Origin: Eledone cirrhosa
Taxonomy: Eukaryota
NCBI GenBank assembly: GCA_964016885.1
Contig: OZ024743.1
Location: 3,968,001 to 4,032,000 of the forward strand
Direction of reading: 5' to 3'
Length of the DNA stretch: 64,000 nucleotides
In this document: positions 1-16,189 of the stretch, piece by piece
Numbering within the stretch: the first letter of the stretch is position 1
How the letters are laid out: every line of letters starts with the position of its first letter
Made by a program: the position numbers and the translations under genes
The notes under the pieces: generated by a model
The model's database searches: none
The model's input: the letters and a program-made list of their open reading frames with translations, nothing else
Told to the model about the DNA's origin: nothing

Positions 1-2339
1 GTTGTTGGTTTTTGTTTAGCTCAAGTTCAAATCTGATTGAACAGACTTTATGATGAACAACTGACATGATCATTCCATTTTTCGAGGAACATAGGACTAC
101 ATTACTCAATTTTTAAAATGGTTGTGTCAAATATGGAGGAATTGGCTATTATGTTTAGAACGTTGAGCAAAATGACAGAAGCATCACCACTGACTCGACA
201 ATTTAATGTGACATTATATATATGATTCATTGACACGAAAAGAAACAGTTAGTTGAGGCAACGCTTTGAGTAGGTGTAGTTTATTTCATCTCATGGGAAT
301 GCTTGGAAGACCGTATGAAGTGAAATGCCATCGGAATTGATATTGCTTAGCTTATGAAAACAATTGTTATTGAAAATGTTTGCTTCTATCTCACGAAGAG
401 ATGATTATCAAACAACAAAATATCCATTTATACAAAATAATCTATATATATTTTATAACGTACCTAAACAAAAAACGTTTTCCAATACACATTAGTACAA
501 CTTTAGATGTATGAATAGAAAGTATTATAATAATATCAGGATGGTCAGAAATTAATGCTCTAAGATTCTATATCTCGGTTCAGAATAAATTTTATTGGAC
601 CTTTTCTATTGGCCGGTACTGGGCACAGTATTCCTCTGTTGTTACTGGTTTCACCAGGAATCAGAAAGCCTTAGTGGATTAATCTGACTGTGGACGACTA
701 AACAGTCTGAAAGCTCTATTGTTGCTCACGTTCAGGACTATAAATGTACCGTACGGTTCCAGAAACATCGTCCATATTCATGCTCCAGGCCTTATAAAAC
801 AGCACTGCTATTCTGCTTCAATTTCAGACTGACTAAATGATGTGTAGATCTCAAAGTTGTAAAATGTGGATGCTAGTGCGCATGTATCAACATTCCTAAT
901 CTCGCTGCGATCAATACGTAATTATTTGAGGTAGTTAAGCAAGTGCTCTTGCCTCCAGGGTAATTCTAAGTTACATGCATTTATACATCTTATCCTATAG
1001 CAGCTGTGCTGGCAAGAAAGAGGGGATGGAGAGAAAACCTCTAGGTGCCATTAGAGATCAGGTGTTTTGGTTTTAATGGCCACTTGGGGTTCCTCTGGGA
1101 AACTGTTTAGGCGTTAACTGGCTAATTTGACATTAGGGTTATCAGTGTCATATGAGAAATTTGACTTCATTGTTTTGTATGTCTGTATGTTGATTTTTAG
1201 TTTAAAGGTTTGTCCTATGAAAAACATTCATTCTTGATAGTGTCTCTCACTAGCACAAAGTTTGATGCTGGTGTGTTTGTTGTGTTTTTCAGCTGGTTTT
1301 GTTATTACGTGTGTTTTCTCTTCGCTATCTTAGTGGTGGTGGCGGATGAATTGGTACTGTTGTTGTTGTTGCTGGAGGTGGTGTTGTTTTGATGCTTATC
1401 GTTCACTCATATATCACCTGTAATTGAACATGAAGACCAGCTTTGAAGTCAAGTAAAGATCTGCCTTGATGACCTATAAACATATAAGTTGCCTAAACAT
1501 GCAGTCAGATTAATTGCTGTTTGGATGAAGATTTTTGAGGATGTTAATATATGTAATCTAACCAGTGAGAGCTACTGATAAATTCCAGAGAATACCCAGG
1601 GAAAATGCGACGAAATTTTACAGCCATAGTAAAATAGAAAATCTATTTATTATTATTTATATCAACGTTAAATATTTCTACTCTCTATGCAACATTGCTT
1701 ATCCTTTGTCTTCTTAAATGATTTAAACAATAGGGAGTCCAATAATGAACAAACCAGCAGATGATTCATGATTTATGGCGTTTCGCAGAAAAATCTCATC
1801 TCTCATTAGGATCAGAAACTGGTAGCCAGTTTTACGAAAGCATTACAAGCTGTGATTAGGAATATTTCAATCTTACTTAAAGTTGCGTAAGAAGATTCAA
1901 TTAATCTTACTTATATTCACCTTCTGCAGTTGAATGCTGATGGTGCAGCAAGCCTGTAAATGTCGCATATTTCATGAAATAACTGGCTTCGTCTTAAGGT
2001 GTACAGCAACATATAATAACATTTAGCTTTAGATATCTTATCTCAGTCTGACGTAGTATGGGAGATTATAGAAAGTAAAGGCATGATTTTGAGGGGTACA
2101 TATGAATGTATATATAGAAATGCTACCCAAAGTATCATGTTTTCTACCAAGTCACATGCGTTGCACAAAAGCCCTAACCATTTAATCAATAAACGATCCA
2201 GTCCACATAGCTGTAAATTACTTCAGGAATACATACCACATCATTGTATGTATCGGTACACTATACAAGTGATGAATGTTTGTTTATTTTGAAGTTTTTC
2301 TTTGCATGTTACTGAAAAACGAATTCGTGGTTGACCTTA

Positions 2340-3184
2340 CTTTATATACAATATATAAAAATAAAGCCTGCGTGCATTGACACAGTGACACAATGGGTTA
2401 ATAAATATGGACACAGACGTGGGATTTGAATTCATATATTTAAACTATTGAACTATTGATTATCTACTATACTACTTCCAGATATTAAAGACGTTTTTAT
2501 CTACAGTTGCCTGCATTTATGAAAATGAATTAGTTTCTTGCAATTAACTATCTACCAGCCACCGACATTATTATTATCACCTGGTAGGCAGACATCTCAC
2601 CTTTTAACACTTTCTTTTGTATCTAAATAGGCATTCCTTTAACAACTAGCATCTCTGTTAGTAGCTCAATTTCTTCATCTTTATGTAAGTGCAACATTGA
2701 TTAATTTATTAATAAAGACATGTGTGCTTCTTTGCCAATATACAAATAAACAAGAAATCAAAGTTACCACCCTACTTGTTTCTGTTGTCATCACTAGCCA
2801 ATGAGGAAGCCTCTATTCTGTTAGAAATAACTGCCACATTTCCCTCAAATGACATCCGAAAGTTTTAAGAAAAGATCGTGTTATATAATGTAGTCTTAGA
2901 TATAAAGTGAAGGCTTTATATCTAGTGGTTGTATGGTCATAGGCTTAATCTCATGTCCATGCAATGCATTGTGTCTCTTGCTTTACATACAATATATAAA
3001 ATTGAAGCCTGCGTGCATAGCCCCAGTGATAGAATAGTTTAAGGAACATGAACACTGACGAGAGATTTGAATTCATATATTTAAATTAATGAACTATTGA
3101 TTATCTACTTAAGTACTTCCAGATATTAAAGGTTTATGTCTACTGTTGCCTGCATTTATATAAATAAATTAGTTTCTTGCAATT
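2340..3184 (+). repeat. Diverged ~205-bp direct repeat pair (2340..2545 and 2981..3184)
   Basis: Both copies read ...tacaatatataaaa.t.aagcctgcgtgcat...gatttgaattcatatatttaaa...gaactattgattatctact...acttccagatattaaag...gttgcctgcatttat...aattagtttcttgcaatt. Confidence 0.8.
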
Positions 3185-3249
3185 GTTTTTAGAATGTTTT
3201 GATGATAAAAGTAGATTGGAAGTTCAGGAGTATTTCTCTTTTTTAATTT

Positions 3250-4700
3250 CTATTATTTGGAATTACTTCTCTCTATCTCTCTCTTGGTTGATTAAAATGT
3301 CTTATCCAGATGTAATTATCCACGAATTTCACAAATAACTTTTCCTCTTTGTTTCTTGAATATTCCATGCAAATCCAGTAAACTTTCATTTTAAAAATAA
3401 CGTACCCACACTGATTAATCAGGACGGACCTGTTTCATGTACATCTTGTATTTGTTTAAATATCATTTGCTTCTTTGTTTCTACATTTATGTGGCAAAAT
3501 CACCTCCATGATTGTCCCAATTTTCCTTCAAGCATAAGTTCTGCAGGTGGCTTCTGTCTTGGAGTAGTTGGTTTAGGAGTACTTCAGTAAGCGAACAAAA
3601 CTGTTGTAATTCTTCTATGGTGGCTCCCTCCCTTTAAGAGATATTTCTTCCCGTCTATTAGGCGGAGGATGATAGGGAGCTGTATAAATATACTTTATGC
3701 GTTAGAGTTGCAACATTTATTAAAACTTGACAGCCTGATTGGAGGTTCATTATCTGATACCAGATTTTCTGTCAAACCAAATTGACTGAAAACTTGATTT
3801 ACGTTGTGAATGAATTTAAATTATCATTCATCATGAAAACTTCATTTGTAGGGCCAGCAAAATAGATGTGTACCCTGGGTCATGATGTTTTTGGTTTACA
3901 ATCAGACCTTCTAGGCACATGTTTTGACTGCATACAACTAGGGCAACTATGTGCTAACTATGTTATGTGTTCGTCAATGTTAGGCCAGTTCACATAACTT
4001 ATTGCAATAGATTTCATAGGATTTATATCTTGCTGGTCCATATGTATTCGTTTTAGACATTAATGATAACATTTCTCATTGTTGGAAAAAGTGTTTAACA
4101 CCTTCTGAATTGAGTTTTCTTGGCCAACCGATTCATTGGATTCTACAAACCGATTGTCAGGCAGAATCTTTTCTTGTTGCTTCTTCAGCTGTATCCGCTG
4201 ACACATGAACAGCATCTATTCAGGTAGTAAATAAGACATTTTGCTCATCATTTCACTTACAAGTGAATAACCGCATGCTCACTGCCTAATATTTGATTCT
4301 CTATGAGATGCCATAATGCAATGTTTACCAACTTCACTCGCCGATTTATGTATAATTTGAAAGTTATAACCTAATAGCTTTCTTGGCCATGTGTAGACAG
4401 AAATGCCCTTCCTCAAGCCAAAAGTAGATACGAGGGTTTTAAGATGGGTATATTTAACAAAAAGATATTCCATTCATTATCTTGTGAAATCGTTTAGCTC
4501 CAAATAAATGTGCTAGCGCTTCATTTTCTATTAGACTGTAATTTCGTTTGGCTTTATTCATAGTACGATCAGAGTGTGTTATTGCCTTTTCAGTGCCCTC
4601 TGGCAATATGTGTGATATGAGAGTTCTTATAACATAATCAGATTGAAGCATCTGCGGCTAGAATTATTTCTGATTATGGTCATAATGGGTTACTCTATGG
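3250..4700 (-). mobile_element. Decayed Ty3/Gypsy LTR retrotransposon pol remnant (RNase H and integrase)
   Basis: ORF 4454..4651 gives SHILPEGTEKAI..SDRTMNKAKRNYSLIENEALAHLFGAKRFH (RT-RNase H motif). Downstream minus-strand frames show integrase-like WP.ID..I, C.SC, FAGP and LVSDN, with many stops and frameshifts. Confidence 0.8.
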
Positions 4701-4949
4701 AGAAACATAAAAATGGAATTCTAACGATAAAAACATTAGAAAAGAAGGTAAAGGACCCTTAAATCTTAAAGAAATCGTAGATGCACAGTACTGACACACC
4801 TCATGTCTTTGGCATTCTAGTTCTGGTAGACCCACACCCTTCCTTGTTAGAACACATCCGATTTTCCATAGAAAAAGAAAAAAAGAAAAAGAGAAAAAAA
4901 GAAAAAAAAAGAAAGAGAGAATAAGAAAAAAAGACAGAAGATGACACAA

Positions 4950-5082
4950 CCCTAGTATTGGATTGGTACTTTATCTATCGAACTTGACCTCGGCGGGATT
5001 TCCATTTAGAATGCATTGAGCCGGAATAAATACCGAGGCATTTTTAGTCCGACGCCTCAACGATTTCGCCAATTCGCCACCT
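4950..5082 (-). mobile_element. Decayed tRNA-derived SINE (same family as 22620..22810)
   Basis: ggtactttat...gacctcggcgggattt...gtccgacg...gccaattcgccacc matches the other copies in the window. Confidence 0.65.
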
Positions 5083-6039
5083 AAAATTATTAGAGTGATA
5101 ACACTAACTTGGCCAAATGATGTGACAGACGAAAACCCATTGAACATTCTTTATCTCTGTCATCTCAAAGACCAGCGGTAGAAATAAATTAATGTTTTCT
5201 ATCCTATCTACTATCTCACAGTCTGTATCTATATCTCTTTCCTATTTTTCTATGTTCCCTTTCTTTTTTCTTTATTTATCTTTCTTTATTATTCATATTA
5301 TTTATTCCTTTATTTGTGTATGAACTGATGTATCCTAATAAAGCTACGTCAAGTTATTGACTTCGTGAAGATAGGTCTTAGCAAGCAATAAATTCATGGA
5401 GCGTTATGTAATTGAAGTGATTAATATTGCATAAGTTCGGTTGAGTAATTGCACAAATCGTTGAAGCAATTATATAATAACGTAACGAAATATATGTACT
5501 AAACCTCGTAATACGCACATCAAAACGTGCATATATATATATACATGTAGGTATGTATGAATGTATGTATCTATGTATGTTCTTCTGGTTTTATAATTTC
5601 ACAATTCTTTCAATATAGAGAGAGTCGGTTTCTAACATAGATACAAGACTCTCTCATTTGAATTTACTCAACATCAACTAGATTGATATGTATGCATGTC
5701 TGCATGCATGCATGTGTGTACAGGTATGGATGTTATTGTATGTGTGGATGTGTATGTTCTGAGTTGTATGTGTGCATGTACATATGCTTTGAACAAGTGT
5801 ATACGCAGTTATTAGATGCGGAATTTTTGGAATGTTTTACATATTTTTACTGTTACATTAATGGATTGTTATTTCCTAACTAGTCGTGTTTTGTATGTAT
5901 GTATGTACGTATACATCTATCTACCCCGAGGAACTCAGGAGAGTCAACGATAAAGATTTATTAAAGGTTTATTTTTGTGTGGAGCGAGAGACTCCTAGTC
6001 TTCATTGAGTCATCTCTCTAGGAGAAGGTCACTCTGATA

Positions 6040-6308
6040 TAAAACATGCGACTTTGTTTGCATCCAATGATGTAGACCAGTTCTACTTTTTGAGTAAATG
6101 AATTCGATGTTCAAAGAATGGGATTGGCCTCTTGCAAAGCCTTTCCTCACTTGAAAAAGCTTCGAGCACAGGCATCGCTTGATATGTGACATTTTGTGCA
6201 ATGCATGACATTGTTGGCCATAGCCAAGTCCCTAGCAGGACTAAAAAGCCACGTCCGTGCTTAAGTGTCAAGCCATGGCATTACTCGAAATCGAGTTGCA
6301 GCCATCAT
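6040..6308 (+). mobile_element. RTE-type LINE 3' end fragment
   Basis: Encodes ...SRAGLKSHVRA-like C-terminus (gcaggactaaaaagccacgtccgtgct) and a tail tactcgaaatcgagttgcagccatc, shared with 47016..47130 and 40426..40460 on the minus strand. Confidence 0.55.
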
Positions 6309-6382
6309 CTTTCTACCCACTGTCTCTATCCCCCACTCTCATTCTCTCTTTGTGTGTCTGTCTGTCTCTACCCTCTCTCTCT

Positions 6383-6532
<150 letters not shown>

Positions 6533-8829
6533 GTAAATGTGTCCATTATAGCCCCAATGAGTCTGCAAAACACTTAGCAAACACCCTAAACCGAATGCCA
6601 ACGTGCACTCATGACTCTTGCTAAACCAACCCGCGACACACACTCCAAATTCGGCAAACCGAACCGGACGGCAATATATAATATTTGAGTAGAGGTGAGT
6701 GGAGTGTGAAGGTGGTGGCTGGTAATCTATATAGGAGGCCAGAAATTTGTAACGAGGTGAAAGTTAATTATATAGACCACAACACTTGATTGGTTCTATA
6801 ATTTATTAATCTCAGAAGAGTGAAATGTCCATAATGATCACTTCTAAAACTGATCATTTTCTATTCTATTTTTCACCTATTTATTTATTCAAAAATAGTA
6901 TTTCCAAATATAACCCATACGACTGAATTTGTACTAAAATACATGTATTATAGTAAACAAACAGAATGATTATCTTTGCTTAGAAAATTAAATTAACATT
7001 GTTGTATTAATTCTACGCAGTAACACATAATTGAGAGAATCGCACTAGATGCTGCTTATAAACATGATGTTCAATTTCGTGTTAATAATTTATGGGTGAC
7101 TATCAAATCTATAAACATGTTCAGTGCAGCCTACGCTATATACAAAGACAAATAAACAAGATGAAACTGAAAAAGGTTAGTAAATACCTAAAGCAATGTC
7201 TAAGCCATTCGACTTGTTAAGAAATTTGAACTTACTAATAGCACAGAATGAGATGTAAAACATTAAAGTATAACACCTGATCGCATAGAAACAACTGCAT
7301 CAGACATTAACCAACGAGGAAGTTTGATTTTGTCATTCGAATTGCTCGAAATAACAACTGAATCCCTTACTAACCGCACACGTCTGTCTTAAAAAATGAC
7401 ACTTTCGATAGTGTCGTCTGGATTATAGAATTCCGGAAAATTGGAAGGGACGATCATGTCAAGAATGCCTTTTGATCATAGATCTCTAATTACCTAGCCT
7501 TAGACGACTACAAACATTAGTTATTTTCAAATACACTATAATTTATCGGTGTTTGGTTTGGCTTCAGAATATTTCAAGTATAGACATAACTTGATAATGA
7601 TGCTATTTTCTTCGTTGACAAACTATACAAATTATAAGAGTAGTATTTAATACATATGTATAAAACTGCTGCCAACGAGAAATAACCGTGAATTATAATA
7701 TCAATACACTACATATATGAACTGGTCAAATTCTGAACAGTGAGTGTAAACTTCTCATTAGAATAGATAAGAAAATCAACCACGCAACTGTGGCGCCCTC
7801 ATACTTCTTTCATATGTCACATACAGAATTTGATACGAAATTCAACCTGTTTTAATATCAAATTTGCTACGTTATAACATGCGGTCTGAGAAAAGTTATA
7901 TGTAACAATAAGGCTATCTATATGATTATATTAGTACATATATACTGCTACATATGGTTACACGAGAGCTCTAAAAGAAGGGAACCTCTTAAAAGGATAT
8001 TTGCCTACAGAAAATCAATTTCTTAACGCAACTTCTAATGGTTCTTGATTCTATTCCACTTGAAGAATTTGTTAACTGCCAATGAAATATTTTTGAAACT
8101 CTATTTTGATTTCTGATTATACATATACAGAATGGATCATAAAGAACTGAATGGAAGAGTTCCAATCACATATCAGGAATCAGTTGTGTTTGAAAATATT
8201 TCTTTTTTGGCTTGCTGGCATGGGTCCTATATATATTTTGGCAGCTACAAATCGTCTATGATATTGATCTTCTTTGATTGGCAATAAGCAATGTTAACCA
8301 TTACGTAAAAAATATGTACACTGTGTTAATGTATGTCATGGTCCTTAATTTAACAAGAGATAAGTAATGATAAAAAAGTGATAATACTTAAAGAGTAATA
8401 TCTATCATTGGGGATTAGAATATTGACTAGAAATAAATATACGGTGAGACAAAAGCAAACGAAGTTCGTGACAACTCCAAGGATATTTTCTCATTTATTG
8501 TTACTTTATTATCAAAGCATAGTCTTCAGAGGACATATTTCCATTTATCACGTAAATAAATATGTAATCATACATTAATTACTAAGGGATTAATTCGACA
8601 CTACATCGGTAAGAACCGTGAAGGTAATGCTACAATGAGAAAATTAGAATAAAACAAATAAATATTAGGAAACATTTTGCATGCTGCTGTAAATGCAATG
8701 ACATTATACATTGATTAATATCTGTATATAACTACAACACAACAGAGCAAATGAAATAAGTGAAATGTATGGAATTTATTTCCCCCAAATGAAAACTTTC
8801 ACACCGCCACCACCATCATCAGACAACAA

Positions 8830-9340
8830 AACCATAATTCAGTGTTTGAAGCACCGAGAAAGGCGTGGGTTCCTCAATTCCAAGCAGATGTGTGCAGCTT
8901 TCCATGACCGCTTTGCACAACTGTTCAGGGTATGCGAGAGGACGGAGACAAATTTTCCTAATTCGATGATCTATCGTGGTACCCAATTAAGGATGCGGAG
9001 TGCTGCGAACAGCCGATAACACTAACCGAGATACAGGCTGTCGTCAAGGTAGCTGCTTTTGCTCCTCCCGTCTTCAGAGACTGAATCGGTTCAATTCACA
9101 GTGGCATCTGCTCAGTGGTTAGAATATCGGTAGCGTTTCAGATGATGTAATCGATCAGTCAAGGATACCCTCTTTCACCCTTTCTGTATGTATAGACTCT
9201 CAAGCCACAACAGCGAAAGCTGAGCATTTGAAGATCATTCACTCAAAATTTCATTGGCGTGGAAGGTCAGCGTCAGTATATGAGGACGACTTCACCATGT
9301 TGGCGTTGAACGTTCCGTAAATCGAAGTGTTCAGCAACTT
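8830..9340 (+). mobile_element. L1/Tx1-clade LINE reverse transcriptase remnant
   Basis: QMCAAFHDRFAQLF segment, then a QG.PLSPFLY..(L.P) RT motif at about 9158..9210 and a degenerate YxDD (tatgaggacgac) near 9280. Confidence 0.6.
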
Positions 9341-10177
9341 CTTAGAGGAAATTAGGCTAAGCCCTCATCGACAGTTTGAAGTTTAACTTGGAAAAGAAAG
9401 TTAGAGTGGAGAAAGAAGTACTGCTCCCCCCATTACAAATAAAGAAAGAATTATCATCATCATCATTATCATCGACGCGTTCGTCATCGTTGATGTCACT
9501 CTCAGTTTCAAGTAAAAGTTTTTGAATTTCGTATATAAATAAATGAATAGCTTTTTAAAAAATTGTTAATGGATAGTTAGAATTTGTTGCAAGATATTTT
9601 TATTTTTATCATCATAAACCAGGAAAAATAACTAAATAAACAACAAAAATAAAAAAAAATAAATAAGTAAAAGAATGAAGTGGAAAATTCGGAAATTCGG
9701 TGATGGCTTTTATTAGCACAGCGATGTTATGTTTGGGATGATGTTTTTATTTTAGTTTTATTAATTGTCTAACTCTTAAATCTAGCTTCATTATATTCTA
9801 TATCCTACAATTGTTCCTGATCTAATGGCGTAATACTGTTTACTAGAATATAACGATCACTAATGAATATTTTGCTAATAATAGCAGTCACTAATCATCG
9901 AAACTGGTGGTATAGTGTCGGGAGGGGGAGTATATTATATCGTATGTTTGTGTGTAGTATTCACGATAAGCCAAGAATCGGACAAACTGATTGGTACAAA
10001 AGCGGTGATTGTCTTGTTGGGGGCGATGAAAACGTTTGGAGGGCATGTGTGTCGCAAGGGATGCACGTGAGTGATGAAACTAGTTGATTGTTTAAGGTTT
10101 TAGAATATTTGTTTCCTGTAACAATGCCAACAGTATAGTATAAGATTGTGAACACAAAGTATGCACGTATGTGTGAG

Positions 10178-10223
10178 TGTACGCGCGTATGTGTTAACGT
10201 ATGCCTGTGCTTATATGTATGTA

Positions 10224-10254
<31 letters not shown>

Positions 10255-10293
10255 ATACACATATAAGCACATGCATACGTTAACACATACGCG

Positions 10294-10300
<7 letters not shown>
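10178..10300. repeat. Inverted repeat around a TA-rich core
   Basis: gtgtacgcgcgtatgtgttaacgtatgc.tgtgcttatatgt versus acatataagcacatgcatacgttaacacatacgcgcgtacac. Confidence 0.85.
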
Positions 10301-10362
<62 letters not shown>

Positions 10363-10543
10363 GAGAGAGAGAGAGAGAGAGATGGGGAGGGAGAGCGAAT
10401 AGAGAAATAGAGAGAGAGTGTGTGTGGTAGAGAGCAAATCAGTCATCATTAGGTAAATTATTTTTATTAGTGTGAATATATTAAAAATTAGTTCGGAACT
10501 TAATAATATAATATTAAACAAAATTATATATGTATACACAGCC

Positions 10544-10585
<42 letters not shown>

Positions 10586-10765
10586 AGGGAAGTAACGTTC
10601 TATACAAAACAGTGGTTATAGAGAAAAGGTGAGATTGGAAATAGCACGGAAAATATATTCAAGGGTCAGTTTTTCTTTTTTTCCCTTTCTTTGATTCGTC
10701 AAACTGACATTATTGAAAAAAATGAAGGGGACAATTCTTTTAAAACATAGTTTTATAAAGTATAT

Positions 10766-10814
10766 AAGTATAACCGGTTTCGATGTATTAGTAAATTTCA
10801 TCTTATCAAATCTT
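10766..10814 (-). ncRNA. Decayed minimal type I hammerhead motif (U3-A8 core) in a Penelope-type tail
   Basis: Minus strand: aagat UUGAUAA gatg..catc GAAA ccgg UU atactt; helix I imperfect. Confidence 0.45.
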
Positions 10815-10944
10815 GAGTATTACAATTAAAGAGAATAAGAATTAAAAACTAAAAATTAAAGATTTAAAATTAAGTGTTGAGGTAAGTTTTTTTCATCTGC
10901 CTTGTTGAGAGGGAGACTGGAATATATATACATATATATATATA

Positions 10945-10997
10945 TAGAAGTGGTAACACAACAGTTAGTTCACCTAACTGTTGTGTTACCACTTCTA
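10945..10997. repeat. Perfect 24-bp hairpin abutting (TA)n
   Basis: tagaagtggtaacacaacagttag-ttcac-ctaactgttgtgttaccacttcta. Confidence 0.9.
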
Positions 10998-11056
10998 CCT
11001 AAATCGTCCCATGGACTGAGTGCTCTACCACTACTGATATTACCTTCCAGTGTTCT

Positions 11057-12620
<1,564 letters not shown>

Positions 12621-13594
12621 TAAGAAGAACAAAACATTGTGGTTTTTATTAATTAGGCTCAGTAACAAACTGAGTGTCTCAAGTTCCAGATGAGATTCTG
12701 ATTTTGCTTGATTAAGATGTCGGGTGAGAAAATTGGAGCTGGAGTCAGGTGTATATAACAAATATGGATTCTGGGCCAACCTGCTGTGAAACATTCGCAA
12801 CGGATACTAATCAATAAAAACCTCAATGAACATTTTGTTCTTAATATATACACTGTGCTATAGCACAGTGTACTAATATTGGTACCATCATTAAACCACA
12901 AATCTTAGCATTATAATGTATATCTCGAGGGTTTAATATATTTAATGGACTCTTTGTGTAAAGCATAAAGTTATGTGATGTGATTATGAATTTCTGTGAT
13001 TTATGAGCTTGTGTGATTATGTATCATAGTTTTTCACCTGAAAAATCTCAGACACATAAATGTCGGTTTTAATAGTAACGGTACCCTTTTAACTTTCCAA
13101 TATATGAGATAGATGAAATAGATCGTCTCACAGACATTCTGATCGTTGCATATTATTATTTTAGTTTAAGAATGCAAGAAAATTTTCTAATATCTTAGAT
13201 ATTACGTTAATTGTAAGCACAAGTAAATAATACTAAATGTTAATAAAAACCTACTCAAGCCTAATTCGGAATAAGTTTCCTATTCGTCACAAATATCATA
13301 AATCTTTAATTGATAACTATAGTCGTATTAGCAATATCAAAAATTTGATTTCTTGTAACAACAGATGAAATTACTGAAATTATAAGAACAGTATTCCATC
13401 AGTAAATCATATATATACATCTTTCAATTTATTCCGTTCTTCCTCTTTTCACTCTTTATCTTTCTAGTTCATATTTTATTGCTCCATCTATCTTTGGATG
13501 AAGGACTACTATTCGAAATATTAATATTTTTTCCCTACCATTTCAGGTGTTAAACTAATGTATTTATTCATTGTACTGTGTCGTTTGTTTTACC

Positions 13595-13669
<75 letters not shown>

Positions 13670-15342
13670 TATATATATATATATAAACACGTGAAAAGTC
13701 AACGAAAAAACCAACCCAGGTGAACGGTACAGCCAATGAAGATATATATTAGTTTAACTTTTCGGACGTTAGTTCTTTATCAGAAAATAGAATGAGAGAA
13801 ATAAGAAATATAAGACAGACGAATGTCAGAAGAGGAAAGAAACTTTTTACTGGAATTTAGAACGGATTTTCTAGGCATTAGAGTGAATGTCTTAATTTCA
13901 TCGCCAGTAACATTTTGAGATCTGATGTCCTACAAGAGTGACCAGTTACTATAACTGAAACTATGAAAATATCTTCCATATGCTACTTCAAAATTACTGT
14001 AAAGATTACTGTTACAGAACTGTTAATCGCTAGTCTTCTGCATTCATAATCTTATTCGAGATGTGTCCTTCTAATCCATAATCAATACTATGTTTTCGTA
14101 ATTCTGAGATAAAAGCTGATTAATTTTTCAGGTGGCTCATGATGCATTTGTCTATAATATTGTAATATATTATCATCTTCATAAAATAATCTGTTCTCCT
14201 GGGTTTCCATTTCAGTTATCTTATAATACACGACCTTTTACCTCATGTTTAAATATTAATATTTATGGCTACTTCAGTTTTTCCTACTAAATATTATCAT
14301 GTATTAATAATGCTTCTGACATTCGCTTTTATTTTAGTTACACGATTTATTTTAAATCTTAAAATTAAGTATTTGAATGATTTAACTAAAGTACTATCAT
14401 ATAATGTGTCTGATAATATTCTATAACGAGGAATTCGCGTTTGGCTTGTAACTATTATATCGATTAAATTATTATAAATTTTAGGTAGTTTTGCCAATGT
14501 TTAAGCAGTAAAACATTAAGAACATTGCACTTTGCTTCTGAAATTATCATTTAAATTTATTTGGTCAACGTTCGTTTCTATTTGTTGAACCTCTATTTTA
14601 CTATTTATTGGACAAATGGAGAAACATTGATATAGATTATCAGTATCTATGTACTATAAGTACAATGTTAAGAGTCAATAACCAATCGATATAAAATTGA
14701 TTAGTTGATAAAAATCGGAGTATTCATAAAAATATTAAAAATTTATATTTGAATCAACTTTAAAGATGTTTTAAAATCTTAAAATATAGAAATGCTTGAT
14801 AAATAAATCATAGATAATGGGTTATATATACTGTACACTATTTGACATCGGGATGAGGAATTTATTTGCGATAAAAATAAAGTATAAACATTCTTATGAA
14901 TAAATTATTTGTGTCCTTGAGATAAATGTGTTGGATACAATAAGTAATTGAGACTCAATACTTAATTATCAATCAAGTACTGTTATCAATTGAACTATTT
15001 CAGTCGTGTGACTGTAGTAGAAATAATTTCTTAAAGGGCAATGAAACTTAGAGTGCCAAATATTCAAATATTCTCATTTTCAGTAATGATATACGTCCCT
15101 ATAGCTTTGGTATTTAATTCCCACAATCATTATCCTTGCTTGCACTTTTATGGGATTAAATTAGTATGAGCTAAATCATTCCGAAGATCTAATCGATTAC
15201 ACGACGGCCATAAATTTTGTGGTTGCGTGTCTATTTTATGGCAAGTGAAAAGGCTGCTAAATATAGCAGTCCGATTCGGCGAAATTCGTTACTCAACCAT
15301 AAGGGAGTAATTAAAAAATATACATACATACATACATACATA

Positions 15343-15374
<32 letters not shown>

Positions 15375-15376
15375 CA

Positions 15377-15408
<32 letters not shown>

Positions 15409-15418
15409 CATACATACA

Positions 15419-15450
<32 letters not shown>

Positions 15451-15747
15451 CATACATACAGAGATACCAACTTTGCTCGATGAAGAAATTAATAAAAATC
15501 AATATTGCATTGTCCACATACCTCTACCTCTCTGTAGGATGCTAATCACGTGATAATTCTTCCGGTCAAATTCTGTCATTGCTAGCGAGACAACTCGATG
15601 ACATTTTTGTTTGAAAATAATCCCTTTCGCAGCTCAAAGTGATGAGATTTACTAAATGAAACTGCAGTAGGGACACTTTGAGGAAATAGGGAAATATTTC
15701 TTTATCTTATCTTATTTACGTTTCTCAGATAAAATTTCTCCCCCCAA

Positions 15748-15825
<78 letters not shown>

Positions 15826-15839
15826 ATATATATACATAT

Positions 15840-16016
15840 AGGAAAAGAATCACGACCCCGACGGCTGAGCTCCAGCCGTTTCAACAGCTGTCTAAACCGC
15901 TGGATCTCAGCCGTCGGAGTCCTGACTCTTTTCCTGTTACCGACTCTACTACCCTAAGTATCGAGTACTCTGGTGTGTTATAGTTCACCTGGTATCTTAC
16001 CACACATTCTTTGTTA
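15840..16016 (+). mobile_element. Penelope-type 3' tail with inverted 5' copy and half-hammerhead (family of 36952..37147)
   Basis: ctctactaccctaagtat.gagtact.tggtg..ttat.gt.cacctggt..cttaccac is shared with the reverse complement of 36952..37030; 15840..15883 is an inverted copy of 15893..15935; flanked by TA-rich microsatellite. Confidence 0.65.
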
Positions 16017-16189
16017 TGTATGTATATATATAAACTGGCCTGATATTTTAATCTGTCTATATTATTCATTTATTTTACAAAACCTGATGAAACTCCAAAT
16101 CTATTTATTTCAATTATTAAGAACAACATTTACTATCCTCTGATGTTTCTGTCTAGAGTTACAGCACATATGCCAAGTGATTCCATTTG

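Noticed and set aside
13490-13790. Two convergent hammerhead-like relics (ggatgaaggact..ttcgaaa on plus; ctgataaagaact..ccgaaa on minus)
   Set aside because: Cores and helices too degraded to call; probably old Penelope tails
16084-16100. CTGATGA here, and also at 24578, 48901 and 62799 (minus)
   Set aside because: No paired helix II followed by GAAA and no helix I complement
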